38,292 bases of DNA, taken from NCBI GenBank assembly GCA_000934665.2, contig JYFJ02003736.1:1-38292 (forward strand), written 5' to 3'. This document shows positions 21,103 through 34,600 of the stretch, in pieces (positions within the stretch are counted from its first letter, which is position 1; every line of letters starts with the position of its first letter). The notes below the pieces were generated by a model. That model was not told the origin of the DNA and made no database searches. It worked only from the letters and a program-made list of their open reading frames with translations. The position numbers and the translations under genes were made by a program. The DNA is from Catajapyx aquilonaris (lineage: Eukaryota).

Positions 21103-21740
21103 ATGGCAGAGTCGCTGCAGCTCAGAGGAACCCTCAGGGGCCACAACGGATGGGTCACCCAGATCGCAACCAACCCGAAATACCCGGACATGATCCTCTC
21201 ATGCTCCAGGGGTAAATACTGCCAACACTATACATACATGGGAGTTGTTGGAACACACTTCGCGTTAATTGCATTTTGCACATGCCCCAGGGGGAGGAGC
21301 CCGTACAATGGGGTTTAATTAAACGGGGGGTTTAATGTTCATTACATTGTGGGACTACCAGCTGGAACAGCTTTTAAAAGTAATTAACTATAATGGAACA
21401 GAACGCTGTTGATTACACTTGTGCTTGAAGGAAGGAGAAACAAGTTTAATTATTAAATTTATGCCTCGGAAACTGTCATGTTCTTTATGGTGCGAATGTG
21501 CCAGCTGGAACAGGTCTCATCATTGAAGGAGCAATTGTTTGTGCATAGTGCTCGTATTTAGAAAAATGAAATTGTGTGTCAAGGCCACAGTTGGTTGGTC
21601 AATGGCAACGTGTCTCCATTGCAACAGTTGTTTGTCCGTTGCAATGGGTTGCCATGGCATCCGGAAAACCCATGATGAATACCAGTAGTTCAAAAGAGTA
21701 CGTTACCATGGAAAAAACACTGCTGTGCAAATAACAGGCT

Positions 21741-21781
<41 letters not shown>

Positions 21782-23073
21782 GATGGAGGCCTAGGTTTAT
21801 TCAATGACTTACAAACGCATGAACAAGTACAGGTCCATGTGTACTTTTGCGGGATTGGTGCACCCAGTTATTTGCGATTAACTTAATGTTGAGCGGTTGT
21901 ATGAAATTGTGGCGTTTATATATATGGTGTTTGATGGCTTCTTGATTTCCTTCGCAGATAAGACGCTGATTGTGTGGAAGCTGACTCGTGATGAGACTAA
22001 TTACGGGATCCCCCAGAAGCGGCTGTACGGCCACACCCATTTTGTGTCCGATGTGGTCCTTTCCTCTGATGGTAACTTTGCCCTCTCGGGCTCTTGGGAC
22101 AAGACTCTCCGCCTCTGGGATCTCGCTGCGGGGCGGACCACCAGGCGGTTTGAGGACCACAGCAAGGTGATAGTCGATAACCTACTCGCTCACAGTGGGA
22201 AATTTTCTCTTACCCTTGCGACAATTCTGCCTATTTTTTTGCATCTCTGTTACCTCAACTAATGATTAATTTTATTTTCTGCGCAGGACGTGCTGAGCGT
22301 AGCGTTTTCAGCGGACAACCGCCAGATAGTGTCTGGAAGCCGGGACCGTACCATCAAGCTGTGGAATACCCTTGCCCAGTGCAAGTACACCATCCAGGAA
22401 GACGGGCACACCGACTGGGTCTCTTGCGTGCGCTTCTCGCCCAACCATCAGAACCCAATAATCGTATCCTGCGGATGGGACAAGGTTGTCAAGGTGAGTA
22501 GATTGGGAAGGTAACAGACAGTCTGCATGGCAGCAATTGTACGGTTGCATACATCTGCAGTTTATGCAGAACTAGTTGAAGCTTATGCTTGAGACTGTAT
22601 GGAGCACGTTTCGAAATGCTAAGCTTCGCCCCATCTCGCACCAGGTGTGGAACCTGACCAACTGCAAGCTGAAGACCAACCACTACGGCCACCAGGGCTA
22701 CCTGAACACAGTGACCGTGTCCCCCGATGGCTCCCTGTGCGCCTCGGGTGGCAAGGACTGCAAGGCCATGCTGTGGGATCTTAACGATGGGAAGCACCTG
22801 TACACCCTGGAGCACAGCGACATCATCAACGGCCTGTGCTTCTCCCCCAACCGCTACTGGCTGTGTGCCGCCACAGGCCCCTCCATCAAGATCTGGGACC
22901 TGGAGAGCAAGAACATGGTGGACGAGCTGCGTCCGGAGGTGGTCAGCCAGAACACCAAGGCCCACCCGCCCCAGTGCCTGTCCATGGCCTGGTCCACCGA
23001 TGGGCAGACCCTGTTTGCTGGCTACTCAGACAACACTATAAGGGTCTGGCAAGTCTCCATTTCCACGCGTTAA
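21103..23073 (+). CDS. RACK1: Receptor for activated C kinase 1 (WD40 40S ribosomal protein), 317 aa
   Basis: Exons 21103-21211, 21958-22166, 22287-22493, 22645-23073 (954 nt). [25 protein letters not shown]...[28 protein letters not shown]...[22 protein letters not shown]...[21 protein letters not shown] at 23176-23185. Confidence 0.99.
21744..21781. repeat. (ATT)n microsatellite in RACK1 intron 1
   Basis: About 12 perfect ATT units. Confidence 0.95.
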
Positions 23074-23249
23074 AAAGGGGAGAGAGTGTAGCAGCCAAAC
23101 TCCCCACCGCTGGAAAATGTCATGGGGGAAACAAAACGGGGTTTTGAAATGCATGCCGTTGTAGTTCCAATGGCAAATAAATAAAGAACCGGACTCTCGG
23201 ATTTTACTTGAGCCTCCTTTCCCACATGATTTTGCAATCAATCAAATGT

Positions 23250-23459
23250 TCTTCATAGGTGATGCCAATTAGGCTTCATTACTGAATGACAGTAAATAGA
23301 TTTTACGAATAGAAAACACATATGTAGATGCAGGGTTGATTACTGCTTGACTGGCACTGCGCAATGAGTGAATTGACTGGTAATTAATTTTCTATTTGCG
23401 AAATCTATTTACTGTCGCCGCCAGTACAAATCATAATTGACGTCACTCACCCATGAAGA
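23250..23459. mobile_element. Degenerate foldback/MITE between the RACK1 and FSTL5-like 3' ends
   Basis: Inverted arms GACAGTAAATAGATTT (23288) / AAATCTATTTACTGTC (23401), plus outer TCTTCAT..GTGATGCCAATTA / TAATTGACGTCAC..ATGAAGA. Confidence 0.55.
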
Positions 23460-25634
23460 CCATTTTCACCTACAAATATTATTCCACTCTTGTAAATGTG
23501 ATTAGCAAATATCATGCTACATTTTTTGCAAATAATTATATTACGTCAGTGAACTAGTCGTAAAATTCTGCAAATGCGCCATATTGAATATTTTCATCTG
23601 CAGAGATGGGAATGTAGTTGAATAGTGAATATCACATGCCGACATTGGTACAATTTTCACGAATAATTATTTCACAACGGTATGAACCAACAGTTTAAAA
23701 TTGATTATTTTACGCGTGTCGCTAAATCCACAAACGTGTCGTAAGAGTCTACACAACCCTTTTTATTTCAGTATATACAACTTGTTTTCTTCTTTTTTTT
23801 TCAGTTCTCATATTCAAAATTATAAGGCTTATGATTCTCAAGGCATACACCATAAAATGACACACTACCGTGAGAGTTAAAACAATTTCAAAAAAACTTA
23901 ATTACAGCATGGGGGGAAAAAAAAAAAATTGCACTGTTCATAACAAACAAAAGCAATGTTTTTCCACACAATTCACATCCAGTTATAGTTCCTTTGAATT
24001 CAGTTGTAGTTTTTTCGAGATACTTTTTTTTTTTTGCACGGAAACGACGACCACAGACAGACAGACAAATCATACTTTTTTTTCTCGGAGTACGGAAGAA
24101 AAAATCGTGTGCTTGTTTGGTGCTGTTTTTCACCTCGAAAAAACACAATAACCTACAATACTTAATCACAGTTAAACAAACCCTCTTGTGTAAACCTTTC
24201 TTATTTTGGTTGTAAATTACATCTACCAGAGTCATAAGCTTTTTTTTTTTTTTTTCACCGACAAAATATTGCAAAGCCATCACATACTCAATCGTTTTTT
24301 TTTTTAATGTTTTTTTTTTTAAAGAGTGGATGCAAACAGCGCACTAGAAGTAAAAAATAAATAACATGAAGTTTACAATTGTGTGTAATGTGTGTGTGTA
24401 CGTGTACTTCTTGATACCTTGAAAAATACTGGGGGGGAATTCGAGTTTGGGGAATGCGAACATTTTTTTCCTTTTCAAAAAAAAAAACAAAATGCAATCT
24501 TCACTTCTCAAATAGCAAATACATCAAGCCGTTACACTTCTTGCCATACTTTGAAAAATTGGATAATTACCAACCACTCAGATCGCAATCATGTTTCTTT
24601 TCCCTTCCATATCCAATGGAAATAAATTTTCCGGGCAGGAAAAGTACAAGCAACAAGCGGACAGAAATCACTCAAACGTATGTATGTATGAAAAAAAAGG
24701 GGGGGGTTGAACTTGGGGTTATGTGTGGGCGTAATAAATTAAAAAATTGGACTAGATAATCATTTTGCTTGCTTCTGTTCAAAACACTGACACACTTTTT
24801 TTGGGGGGGAGTCGGCAGGGGGTGGGTCGATTTGTAAAGATTTTTTTTTTCTCGTTCAACCAGGCGTGACAAGGTGGACTTTTTAGCGCACCTCCAAAAT
24901 ATTTGACTGATATGACGCGAATTATCATATAGATTTTTTGCACAAACTGTCACAGCAAGAAGCTCACCACACGTTTAAAAACGGATAGTTTTGAGAAAGA
25001 AAACTATATTGGTGAGGTGGGTTAAGTTTTCCGATTGTTAAACCGGCGGGACATTTTTAAAATGTGGAAATGATCGGCTGCTATATTTTTAAGTAGTCCT
25101 AAAAATTTGGGGAGGGGGGGGAAAAAAATGGAAAAGTAGCATATGCAGTGCGCTTTAACTGGTTATTACTTACACTCTTTTCCATTTGTCCTATTTTTTC
25201 TCGTCAAAAACTTGCTTACGGAATTTTCCGGTTGGGGAGTTTCGGGATAGGAAAACCTGGAAACGTTGCAGTCCCCGAAATAAATGATCCGGATGGGACT
25301 ACGTAACGTATGACTTGTGAAATCTACTTTTCCACTTTCAAAAAAAAGTGCAAGTCTAGACTTCACTCTAAACCGAAACAATGGGTACAAACTGCTTTCA
25401 GAACACAAGACCAAAAAACACCACCATCATTTTTTTTTTTCGAAGTAAAAGTCATAAAAAGTCTGTTACCTTCAGATTTTTTCTTTCCCTAGAATCAGTG
25501 ACCTTTTCTTCCAGGGAAATGCCAAATAAAAGCTGCCATACTTTTTTTTTTTTCGTTATTTTCAAACCCCTCCATCTTTTTTTTGCGTCTCTTCATAATG
25601 GTGGGTGCGACCTCTCGGGTTGACCTAATGTGTC

Positions 25635-28600
25635 TCATTGCAGCTTGGTGGTGACCCAGACAAGTAGGCGTGGATGGACGAGGCCACCGATCTCACAGTT
25701 GACTGTTCGGGTCTCCCCGTTCAGAACGAAAACGGCTCCGTTGGCAGGGGTGACCATGAACTGGCCGAACACTCCCGAGGCAATGATGGGTCGGTTCGGG
25801 TTGTTCCACTGGGCCAGAGTTGGGTACATGGCATGACCCACTCCCGTTATCATCTCCACTTTGCCTGCAAGGAAAATCAATGATCAGAAATTGCCAGCAA
25901 GCAACTACGGCTAATGCGTACCTGTTGCCAGATTGAGGAAAAGGATGTCCTCCTTATCGACAGCGCTTGCGTACAAATCGTACCCATGTGTTGTCTGTGA
26001 TGGGTAAAACGTGATGTCGCTTATGTTCAGCGTAGTCTTTACATCAAATGCGAACTTCAGGCCGTTCTCTGCAAAACATTTCAATTTGAAATATACAATG
26101 AATAAAGGCTCACATAGTTATGCTCACCAGTGATTTCTTGCACGACAAGTGTGACTCCGTCTCGCTCGTGATCGACTGTAACCACCTGCCTGTTGCTGGG
26201 TGACATCCGAGGCTGCCCGTGGAGGCTGGGCTTGTGGCTCATAACAGTGTCCGTCAGATAGTCCAAGACCAGCTGACCGGTGGGACGGTCTGTCACTGGC
26301 TCGGAGCACTCGAGCACCACATAACCATCTGTTGAAATATCAAAAAAAGCAGTTGTTTAGGAATAATCATGTCCAAGTGTTTACATTGTGTTTAGTACGG
26401 TCATGATCATTTTGGAGCGGATTGCATGCGGACCAAATCACACTTACAAAGTGCAGAGAACTGCACATGTCTGGGCACACAGTTGTAAGGAGTGAGATCC
26501 ACGTTGCGAGTGTACTTCATGTTGGCCAGGTCCAGCTTGTACAGTCCTCGCTGGTTGGTGTGGCTCACGTATCCATACCGAAATCGGGGGTGCAGGTCCT
26601 GCACACAATTTTAAAACAGGTTAAAGCTTATAGAGTAATAACAGATATGCTTCAAAATACAAACAAAAATGAGAATAAAAATTGTATTATTCATGCAAAT
26701 CGTTTCGAACGTCAACTTCTACTGATAAAGCTGCGTTTACATGTGAGCGACTTGACTTCGCCGAGCTGTAACATCCCTGCGTCACCGAGGTAACCGGTAT
26801 TGTTTGAGGTGAAAATCGATTGTTACTTTCACCTCAAACAATATCGGTTACTTTGCTTGTCAAATCGCTCACATGTAAATGCGGATTAACAGAAGTCTAA
26901 AGAACTGACGGATTGGTAGAAGAGAGTGGTGAGAATGCAGGTTGTGGAATTACTTATCCCGAACTATATACCGTGCAAGTGTGGTAGCTACAAGTGGTAC
27001 GAAAAAAGAAAATACAAACCTACGAAACAAAATTACCAATACTGCAACGATATCAATACTCAACAACAATCTACGTTTATTCAGCAATTCAGGCAGTAGC
27101 CTAAGTTAGGTGAGACCCTTTTGGGAATCAGGGGGACTCATCAGCAATGTTGCATGCAAGCAATGTTTTCATTCGGTGTAGGACTGATGCCTGCAACCCT
27201 AACAATGGCTTCATGATAATCTTCAATCAATTGTTAAATACCGGTATTGTTCAGTTGGGTTCAGAATATTGTCAGTAGAATTGCTCTTTAAAAATTTACT
27301 TCAGAAGCGATACACTGACTTGAACGGATTGGACGCAACATAACGAGTCTTTATCATAATTGCAGGTTGCATAGTTCAAGTCCTCATAGTCAGGCAATGT
27401 AATTTCACCAAAGCTGGTTGTAAAGTCTCTCTTCACCTTGTCAGTGGAGCGAAAACTCACGTGCACTGGCGGTATGAACAGCCCCTGCACGAGATCAAAG
27501 TGGCCATCAATGGGCTCAGGGTGGACCGTGTGGTGCTTCTTCTTCTGGCTGGCCTCCCTCACCACCTGGATGGTCTTCACTCCTCGGTCCGAGGCTGCCC
27601 TCCAGTTCAGAACCCACACTTGGTCCAGCGCAGGAACATAGTGCACCTCCACTGGATATCGATCTGTAGTTATCACCTGCGTACAAATTAAATTGTAGCG
27701 AAAATCACATGTTTCTAGTAACTGCAAAGAAGGTTCACTCACATCAACAACGACCATTTGTATCTTGCTGATGACCAGGATTCTGTCCTTCATCGGCTGA
27801 GTGACATACACATACCGGTTGTCAACATTTACTGCCTCTCCCCAGCTGCAGTTCACGCCCTTATCGCCGCATACATACTCCTGCAAATGGACAACATCAG
27901 CTAGAGTTATTTCATCTGCGACTCTCTCAAGGAAGCTAAACCTGAGATGAAGCGAGCACATTCCGTTCTACTATTCATAAACAGGTTTCATTATATCGTG
28001 CTATATTCAGCAGTATATTTTGTTGAGTAAATGCAGCAATGAATTTTGATTATTGTAGACAAAGCAACATAAGGTGCTGAATTCACCGACATTTAAACGT
28101 GGAACATGAACTGACCTGTGTTCCAGGGATGATATCGGTAGCTTGAATCTGATGGTAAAGTCGACATGCGTTAGGTTCGTAAATGGAAACTCCCCAGTCG
28201 TGGAACACAAAGAAGCGGCGCTCATCATTTGGTGTGGCTGGAAAGCAAACACACATGTAATTTATGCTGTAATCATCGCAAAATCCAGAAAATGACACAA
28301 TTTCGAGGAGTTAGTTACTTATGAAGTCTTTCGTACACAGAGACTGAAGTCCAGTCGAAGTCAGTGAAGTCCATCGTACACTTTAGTACCAATTGACTAA
28401 CTCCTCGTACATCTCATGCCATCATATGAAAGTGAAAGCTGAGTGACTCACTTGGGGTGGGCTCCTCCTGGACCACTAGTGATGAAATGTCCCTGGTCAT
28501 CCCACCCAGGTTAGTAGCCTGGCACATGTAAGCTCCAGTGTCCGCGTAGCTAATGGCCCTGACCTTTAGTTTGGTCCCATTGCCTACCACCTCGTACTTA

Positions 28601-31600
28601 TTAGTGGTGGCAATCTTGAGGGGCTCATCATTTTTCAACCATTCCACCAGTGGGAAAGGCTCTCCAGTAACATGGCAAAACATAGTCGCTTCATCTCCAG
28701 GCCTGTGTGACTGGATGCGAGGTGTCACCTTCACCTCCGGCAAGGCTGGAAATGGACGTAAGATCATAAGCAAACTGATCATGATTTTGCCGTCCAGTGA
28801 CAATGTAACTAACTGTGAACTGTGAGAACATGAGTCTGGACCACATCCTTGTTCCTCTGTGCGTGGCATGTGTAGTTTCCAGCATGTATCAGCTGGATAC
28901 GGTTCAGGTACAAGGATCCATCCGAGAAGACCTTGATCTCCTCTTCTCCCAGGTTGGCCAAGTCCACATCGTTCCTCCGCCACACGATTGGCGGTGGAGG
29001 CGTGCCAGTCACGTCACACTTTATTTCCACGTTATCTCCCACCCGAGCTGACAAGTGGTTCACTTCCAGGGCCTTGTCTAGCGAGACCACAGACACACCT
29101 TGGATGGAAGGGGGAAGCAAAAGAAGAGGTGGTGGCACATGAGTTGAGGTTGTTGGGACGTTACGAATTGGACTAAATAGTGTTAAATTGGATGGTATAA
29201 ATAAATATTTTGGATGCAGCTCACTTCTTCTTGGACGCTAGTTCATCTGCTTCTCCTGTGGCGTAATTGCCAAGTAAAACATCACAGGATAAGTCTACAT
29301 GTATAATGACTAGTCTCCAACAATTTGAACCGCATCCAACAGATTTAACTAGTGATAAGCATTGCAGGTTGGTTGATATGTAAGTGCGTGGCTCAGGGTC
29401 AGACTTTTGTCAATTGCAGGAGCAGTCAAACCATTACATAATAATGCACAATTGATTTGCAAAAATAAAATAAAAATGTACTTGTTGCTCATTAGAAGTT
29501 TACGTCAATGCTCAAAAATTATCTTCGCAGCTTTCAAAGTTATTACAAAGAGACACAAATGCTTCCGATGCCAACATGGGTTCACGTAAGAATACCAAAC
29601 TGATATGTTTTAATCACTGAATATGTTTATCTAAAGCAGTCCCCATCACACATGAAGGTCATGTTCTGACGATTGTGTGTGTACAAGTAGAAAAGCATGC
29701 GTCCCTATGAGAAGCCATGAAATACTGTGCTGTATATTCTGCAGTTTTTGAGTCCTGTCCCATACTCCATTATTTCATGACAGTCCGCAGTCATTTTGAG
29801 TGTGACACACATCTATAGTCAGCTGATATCAGTATCGGCCTAAAACTTATGCACATTACTGATTCAAAACTGTCACTCTTGCATTAGTCCTTCAAATAAA
29901 AATGTGTGTATGCAAATCACCGTGTCATTCAACCAAGGACTCGGGAACATATGCAAAATTTCTATCAACTGTCAGACTGATATGTGAGATCGTCTTTTTT
30001 ATACTTCGTTCAGTACACAGGCCTACAATATACGGTCATAAATATTGCACAAATGTAGAGAGAGAAAATACAACAAAGAGGAAATGGTACTGTCAGCAAG
30101 GGCTTCGTAATATAAGGTGGTAGAGTCATAAAACCTTGCATAAATTGAAATACCGAGTATATCAAATATTTTTCATGAGGAATATAGTAAAACATTACAA
30201 AGAAAACATGGAAAATGTGTAATGAGGACAAGCCTTAAAAACCTGTAATTCAGTCACGTCATAGCATTACCGGTACATTTTCGGAGGCAACGAAATATGG
30301 TTCACTTTTTCCACTCATGTAGGTATGCTTATCATTAGACTAATGATTCTTTCCTGTGCATGAAAGTCCAATTTACAATTCAAGCTGAGCAATTCTACCA
30401 TCCACAGTGGGTGAGAGTAAGTAATTACAGCTCGTTATCAGTGAAGTGTATTCTGACCCTGGATAGACGCAACAGAATGGATCGGACGTTAAAGTCTCCC
30501 TCATTCTGCAAGAAACCAAACGATGATGTAACCACACCAAACAATCCATTTTGAAAAAATAAAACTCAAACAATGATCATGAAACGAATATAAAAATGGA
30601 ACAAACCAACTGAACCAAAGTAGGTGGGAATAAGAAGCTGCCGCACCCCATGCAGCCCAATAACTTACTGTATAACTTACTGAAGGCCATGTAAAACTCG
30701 TTAATGTTTAGTCGACCATCTTTGTCAGTGTCGTCAAAGTGTGTCATGTCGCCCAGGGTGCAACCCTTGGCCAGCTGGTTCAGGTGCTCCCGAACCGCAA
30801 CCTGCGAGAAGTGATTGAATTACTCATCAGACTGCACCAGGCAACTTAAGGTAAATGCAGTAATTACCTCCTGCAATTCTTCCTTTTCCAAGGCGCCATT
30901 GTTGTTCTGATCGTAATGGCTAAACATGATGCTGACCAGGTACTCCTTCCCTGAGTTGTGTTTGTCTTCTGCCATTAGTTTGGCGTGATTGTACAGCAGT
31001 AGGTTATCCTGTGAGGAAAATGCCACGTAAGAATCCAAAATTTTGATGTACTTCAATTACACATTTACACCCATACCTTCATTATCTCATACTCTTGAAC
31101 AGAGCAGTCGGTCCTGTCCAGTTCCTCGTCCTTCAACATGGAGTTCAACTTTTGGTCATCTCCATACGCCGCAGTGTGGCTGTCCATCGGTCTCGTTATG
31201 GTGGTCTCAGTGGTGGTGGAAGCGAGAGTCACAACCGACGGTCCCTCTGATGTCAAGTGCTTGTAGTCACGGTACTTGTCTACAAGAATATTACCTTTGC
31301 AAAAGACAACACACATTTGCAACCAATCCATCAATTTCGTTCTTGTGAAGAACATCATATATACGGAACCCATCTACTTTTACCGCTATCATTAGCATGC
31401 AAGCGAAACACACAGAGTCCAATTTGGTCAGTTTTGGGTTATTTTTTCTCTCCTATCGCCTGGTGAAGTCCATTTGGTCATAAAAATTCGTAATGAGCCA
31501 AGCAAGACAGGATTTTCTGTCTCATTAGCATATAACATGTTCTAGGTCAAATTGTTGCTTTCACTGTTTTTTGAACAATGTGTTTCACTTGTATGTCCAC

Positions 31601-34600
31601 GATGCAGCCTATTTACCTGTCTTCCCCTTGAAGCAGGAGTAGGTGTGATCTATTGCGATGGGCCTCCCCTGCAGACATGCTGTTCGATGCAGCTCGCAGT
31701 GATTTGGATACATCTCTCCATCGGTACCGCACACCAGCTTGCGATGTTTCTTGCACAGCTTCAAGCAGACACATTCCGCCTTGCCCTCTGCATCTAGTCG
31801 GCATTCTCTGCCCTTTCCGCAGAACTTCACCAGGCATGGATCTGGAAAAAGAGTAAGGTAATTAGATTCTGCAGGATACAGAGATGACAAAATCAAACAA
31901 CAGCGCACTAAAAAATGTATGTTCCGCTTGGAAGTATGACCAACCGCAGAAGGGCACAGAGCTTAATCTACCCAAATCCTTCATCTAATATTTTCAGTAC
32001 CTGTAACCATAACAACCTCTATGAGCTTGTTGCAGATGCGTAATGCTGCAGAACCTCTAGCTTCAAAGAAGCCCGCTGCTTTGTTGGCCTGAACCATGAG
32101 GCACGTAATGACATCAAACCATATGGGAATGTATATACAGTGCCTTACAGTTCCATAATTAGACTAGCTGAATACAGCTCCTTGCAGACCTGTATATGTC
32201 CACAAACTCACAGAGTATAAGCAGCGCACTGGCTTTAGATCCAAGTTTATCAGTCGAGAGTAACAAACTGCTCAAACAGTACATACATCCCCTCGAGTTC
32301 ATTATTTTATCATTGAAACAAGCTTAAATTGGTTTGTCATGAAACTTTACTTCGCCTGGAACACATGACTACTAGTCATTTACACAAGGAAAACAAAAGG
32401 CTCTATTCCTACAGAGAAGTTGTATATAAATGCATATTAATGTAACTTAATAATTTAATAAAATTAAAATGCTGAATTGTTAATAGGAAATACATACACA
32501 TAACCGGTGAGTTTATCTAATACTTTCATAAAACCAGCTCTAATGCAAAGAAGCTTGATATGCAATGGACTTGAGCATGAAGTTACCATTACTATATAAC
32601 CATAAATACTACATTACTATATAACCATAAATACTGCATTACTATATAACCATAAATACTGCATTACTATATAAGTTTTTCTTACATAAATTGATCTAAA
32701 CCACCAAGGAATGTTGAGACTGCCGTTAAAAACTTTCCTTATTTTTTTCTCATTCTCTAAATGAGAATATGCCTACTTATGCCCCCTCCAAAAAAATAAA
32801 TAAATAATAATAATAATATCCAGCATCTAAGTAAGGCCCAAAATGTGGCCATCTTGACTCCGGAATCACCGTCTCGTCCAATCATATCGTAGGATCAGCT
32901 CCCTTTTCCAGATGATGAACTCCTGGAGGAAGTTGTTCAATCAGAAAGGAGGATCGGAGGGCGGTGAGGGAAATTAACCCCTCGTCTCTCTGTCCTTATC
33001 TGACACTACGACACAACATGGCACGGTTTCCTCTTTTTTTTAAAAAAAAAAATTATCTCCAACCTAGTTTCCATGGTTGGAACTGAGGGTGACTTGAACC
33101 GCACCCTGTACACACACCGAACGGCCCAAAAGTTTATTGGGAAGATCTCCCAGGAAGCGTAATTTCCTGGGAACCCACCCACCCAGTGCATAGAAAACAC
33201 GGCCGTAACTTCCGACGACGCCTCTTCAATTACCTTCACAGCGTGCAACAAATGGCAAAAAAAGAAGAGGAGAACAAACGCGTCTCCTCCGATTCCAACC
33301 TCCCGCTTTCCAACCGGAACACCCATAAATTCTCTCGAAGCTAGGTTAATAACGTTACAAGTCACAATGACGCCCTGCAACACATAAAAATTGGTGTAAT
33401 ACCAAGGATGAAACAGGCCAAACAAAACTTGGCACCGGGCTCCCGACTGTCCATCTAGTACCATATCACACACGACCAACGTACCAGTATGTCTGTATGT
33501 TCCCGATGCAAATCAATACGGAGGCCTCGACATATGCCCCAGGGAGATCATTAGGGGTAGTTTTTAACGGGGAAGGTTTTTAGCACATTGGATTTGACCT
33601 CCCAGGTCATCCTTGGCCGCAGGAGGCGAAAAGGCAGAAAAGCCGCATGGCGGACAGGACGCAAACTACGTCTCTAAGCTCCTTTTCTTTCCAAGATGGC
33701 TTCCATTCCTTTCACAATTAATTTCATAACCCGAGCAACTCTGGGTATGTAATTTTTTGTAGTGTTGCCACATCATTGCCAGATTCATAATGGAAGAGTC
33801 ACCATTAAAAGCACAAGATTGGTCCCAAGCCAGATCCGTTGCGTGAGGTAAGATCATCGGACATTCTTCTCCTGCTTGGTGGTTAGACCCCAGGATGGCC
33901 TCCTTCCCAATCCCTCCCCAAGTAACCGTGGCTTCCGCCATTCGTTTCCATTAGCGGCTAGCACTTTACAAGGAGGGAAGGAATGGATTAGGAGACCCTT
34001 CTGCCTCTGGGATTGTCCACTTCCACTTTCCCTCCGACCCCAAAACTCTACGCCCCCAGCTTTTCCCCGGAAGGCTTCTGCTGCTGGCGTCATCCGGGCG
34101 CCACCCCCCACACTTTGCCAGGCCATTGTGCCCTACCCTTATGTGGACTCCGAACTAGTTAGGACCCACAGATATTGGGTCGTGTCCATTCCAGTAGGTG
34201 ATTCTTGGCGATCAAAACCCATTTTTAAAAAGTTTGCCCCCTGACCATTTTAGCGGAAGAAACGCCATTTTCCACATCAATGGAGGAGTTGAAATGGACC
34301 AAAACAGCCTCTGTTCCGACTAAATTGTAATCAAAAAGTTGCGTCTTTTATCCTGACCTGTTAGCCAACCATTCAGCCTCTCTTGTATTGCATGTTGCGT
34401 GACTTCCAGGATATCGAATTTGCAATGCACGCAATGTTTCGTTACGCAAACAAAAAGGTCAACAACTCCGTTCGTTAGAAGTACTATTATCTCACTATTA
34501 AAACAGTACGAAAAAAAAAAGCGCTGGCGTTATTAGCAGTCTCTCCACCTACTACCTCTTCAGGCTGTCCAGGATCAATATCTGGCTGAGAGAGGTAGGG

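Noticed and set aside
21672..21790. Possible intronic C/D snoRNA in RACK1 intron 1 (box C-like ATGATGA at 21672; RACK1 hosts snoRNAs in yeast and vertebrates)
   Set aside because: No box D (CTGA) at a suitable distance, no terminal stem, and no rRNA guide that I recognise.
17432..23147. Long antisense or alternate-frame ORFs over Nup107 and RACK1 exons (e.g. 17432-17983 +, 22489-22965 -)
   Set aside because: Shadow ORFs caused by GC-rich codon usage of the real genes.
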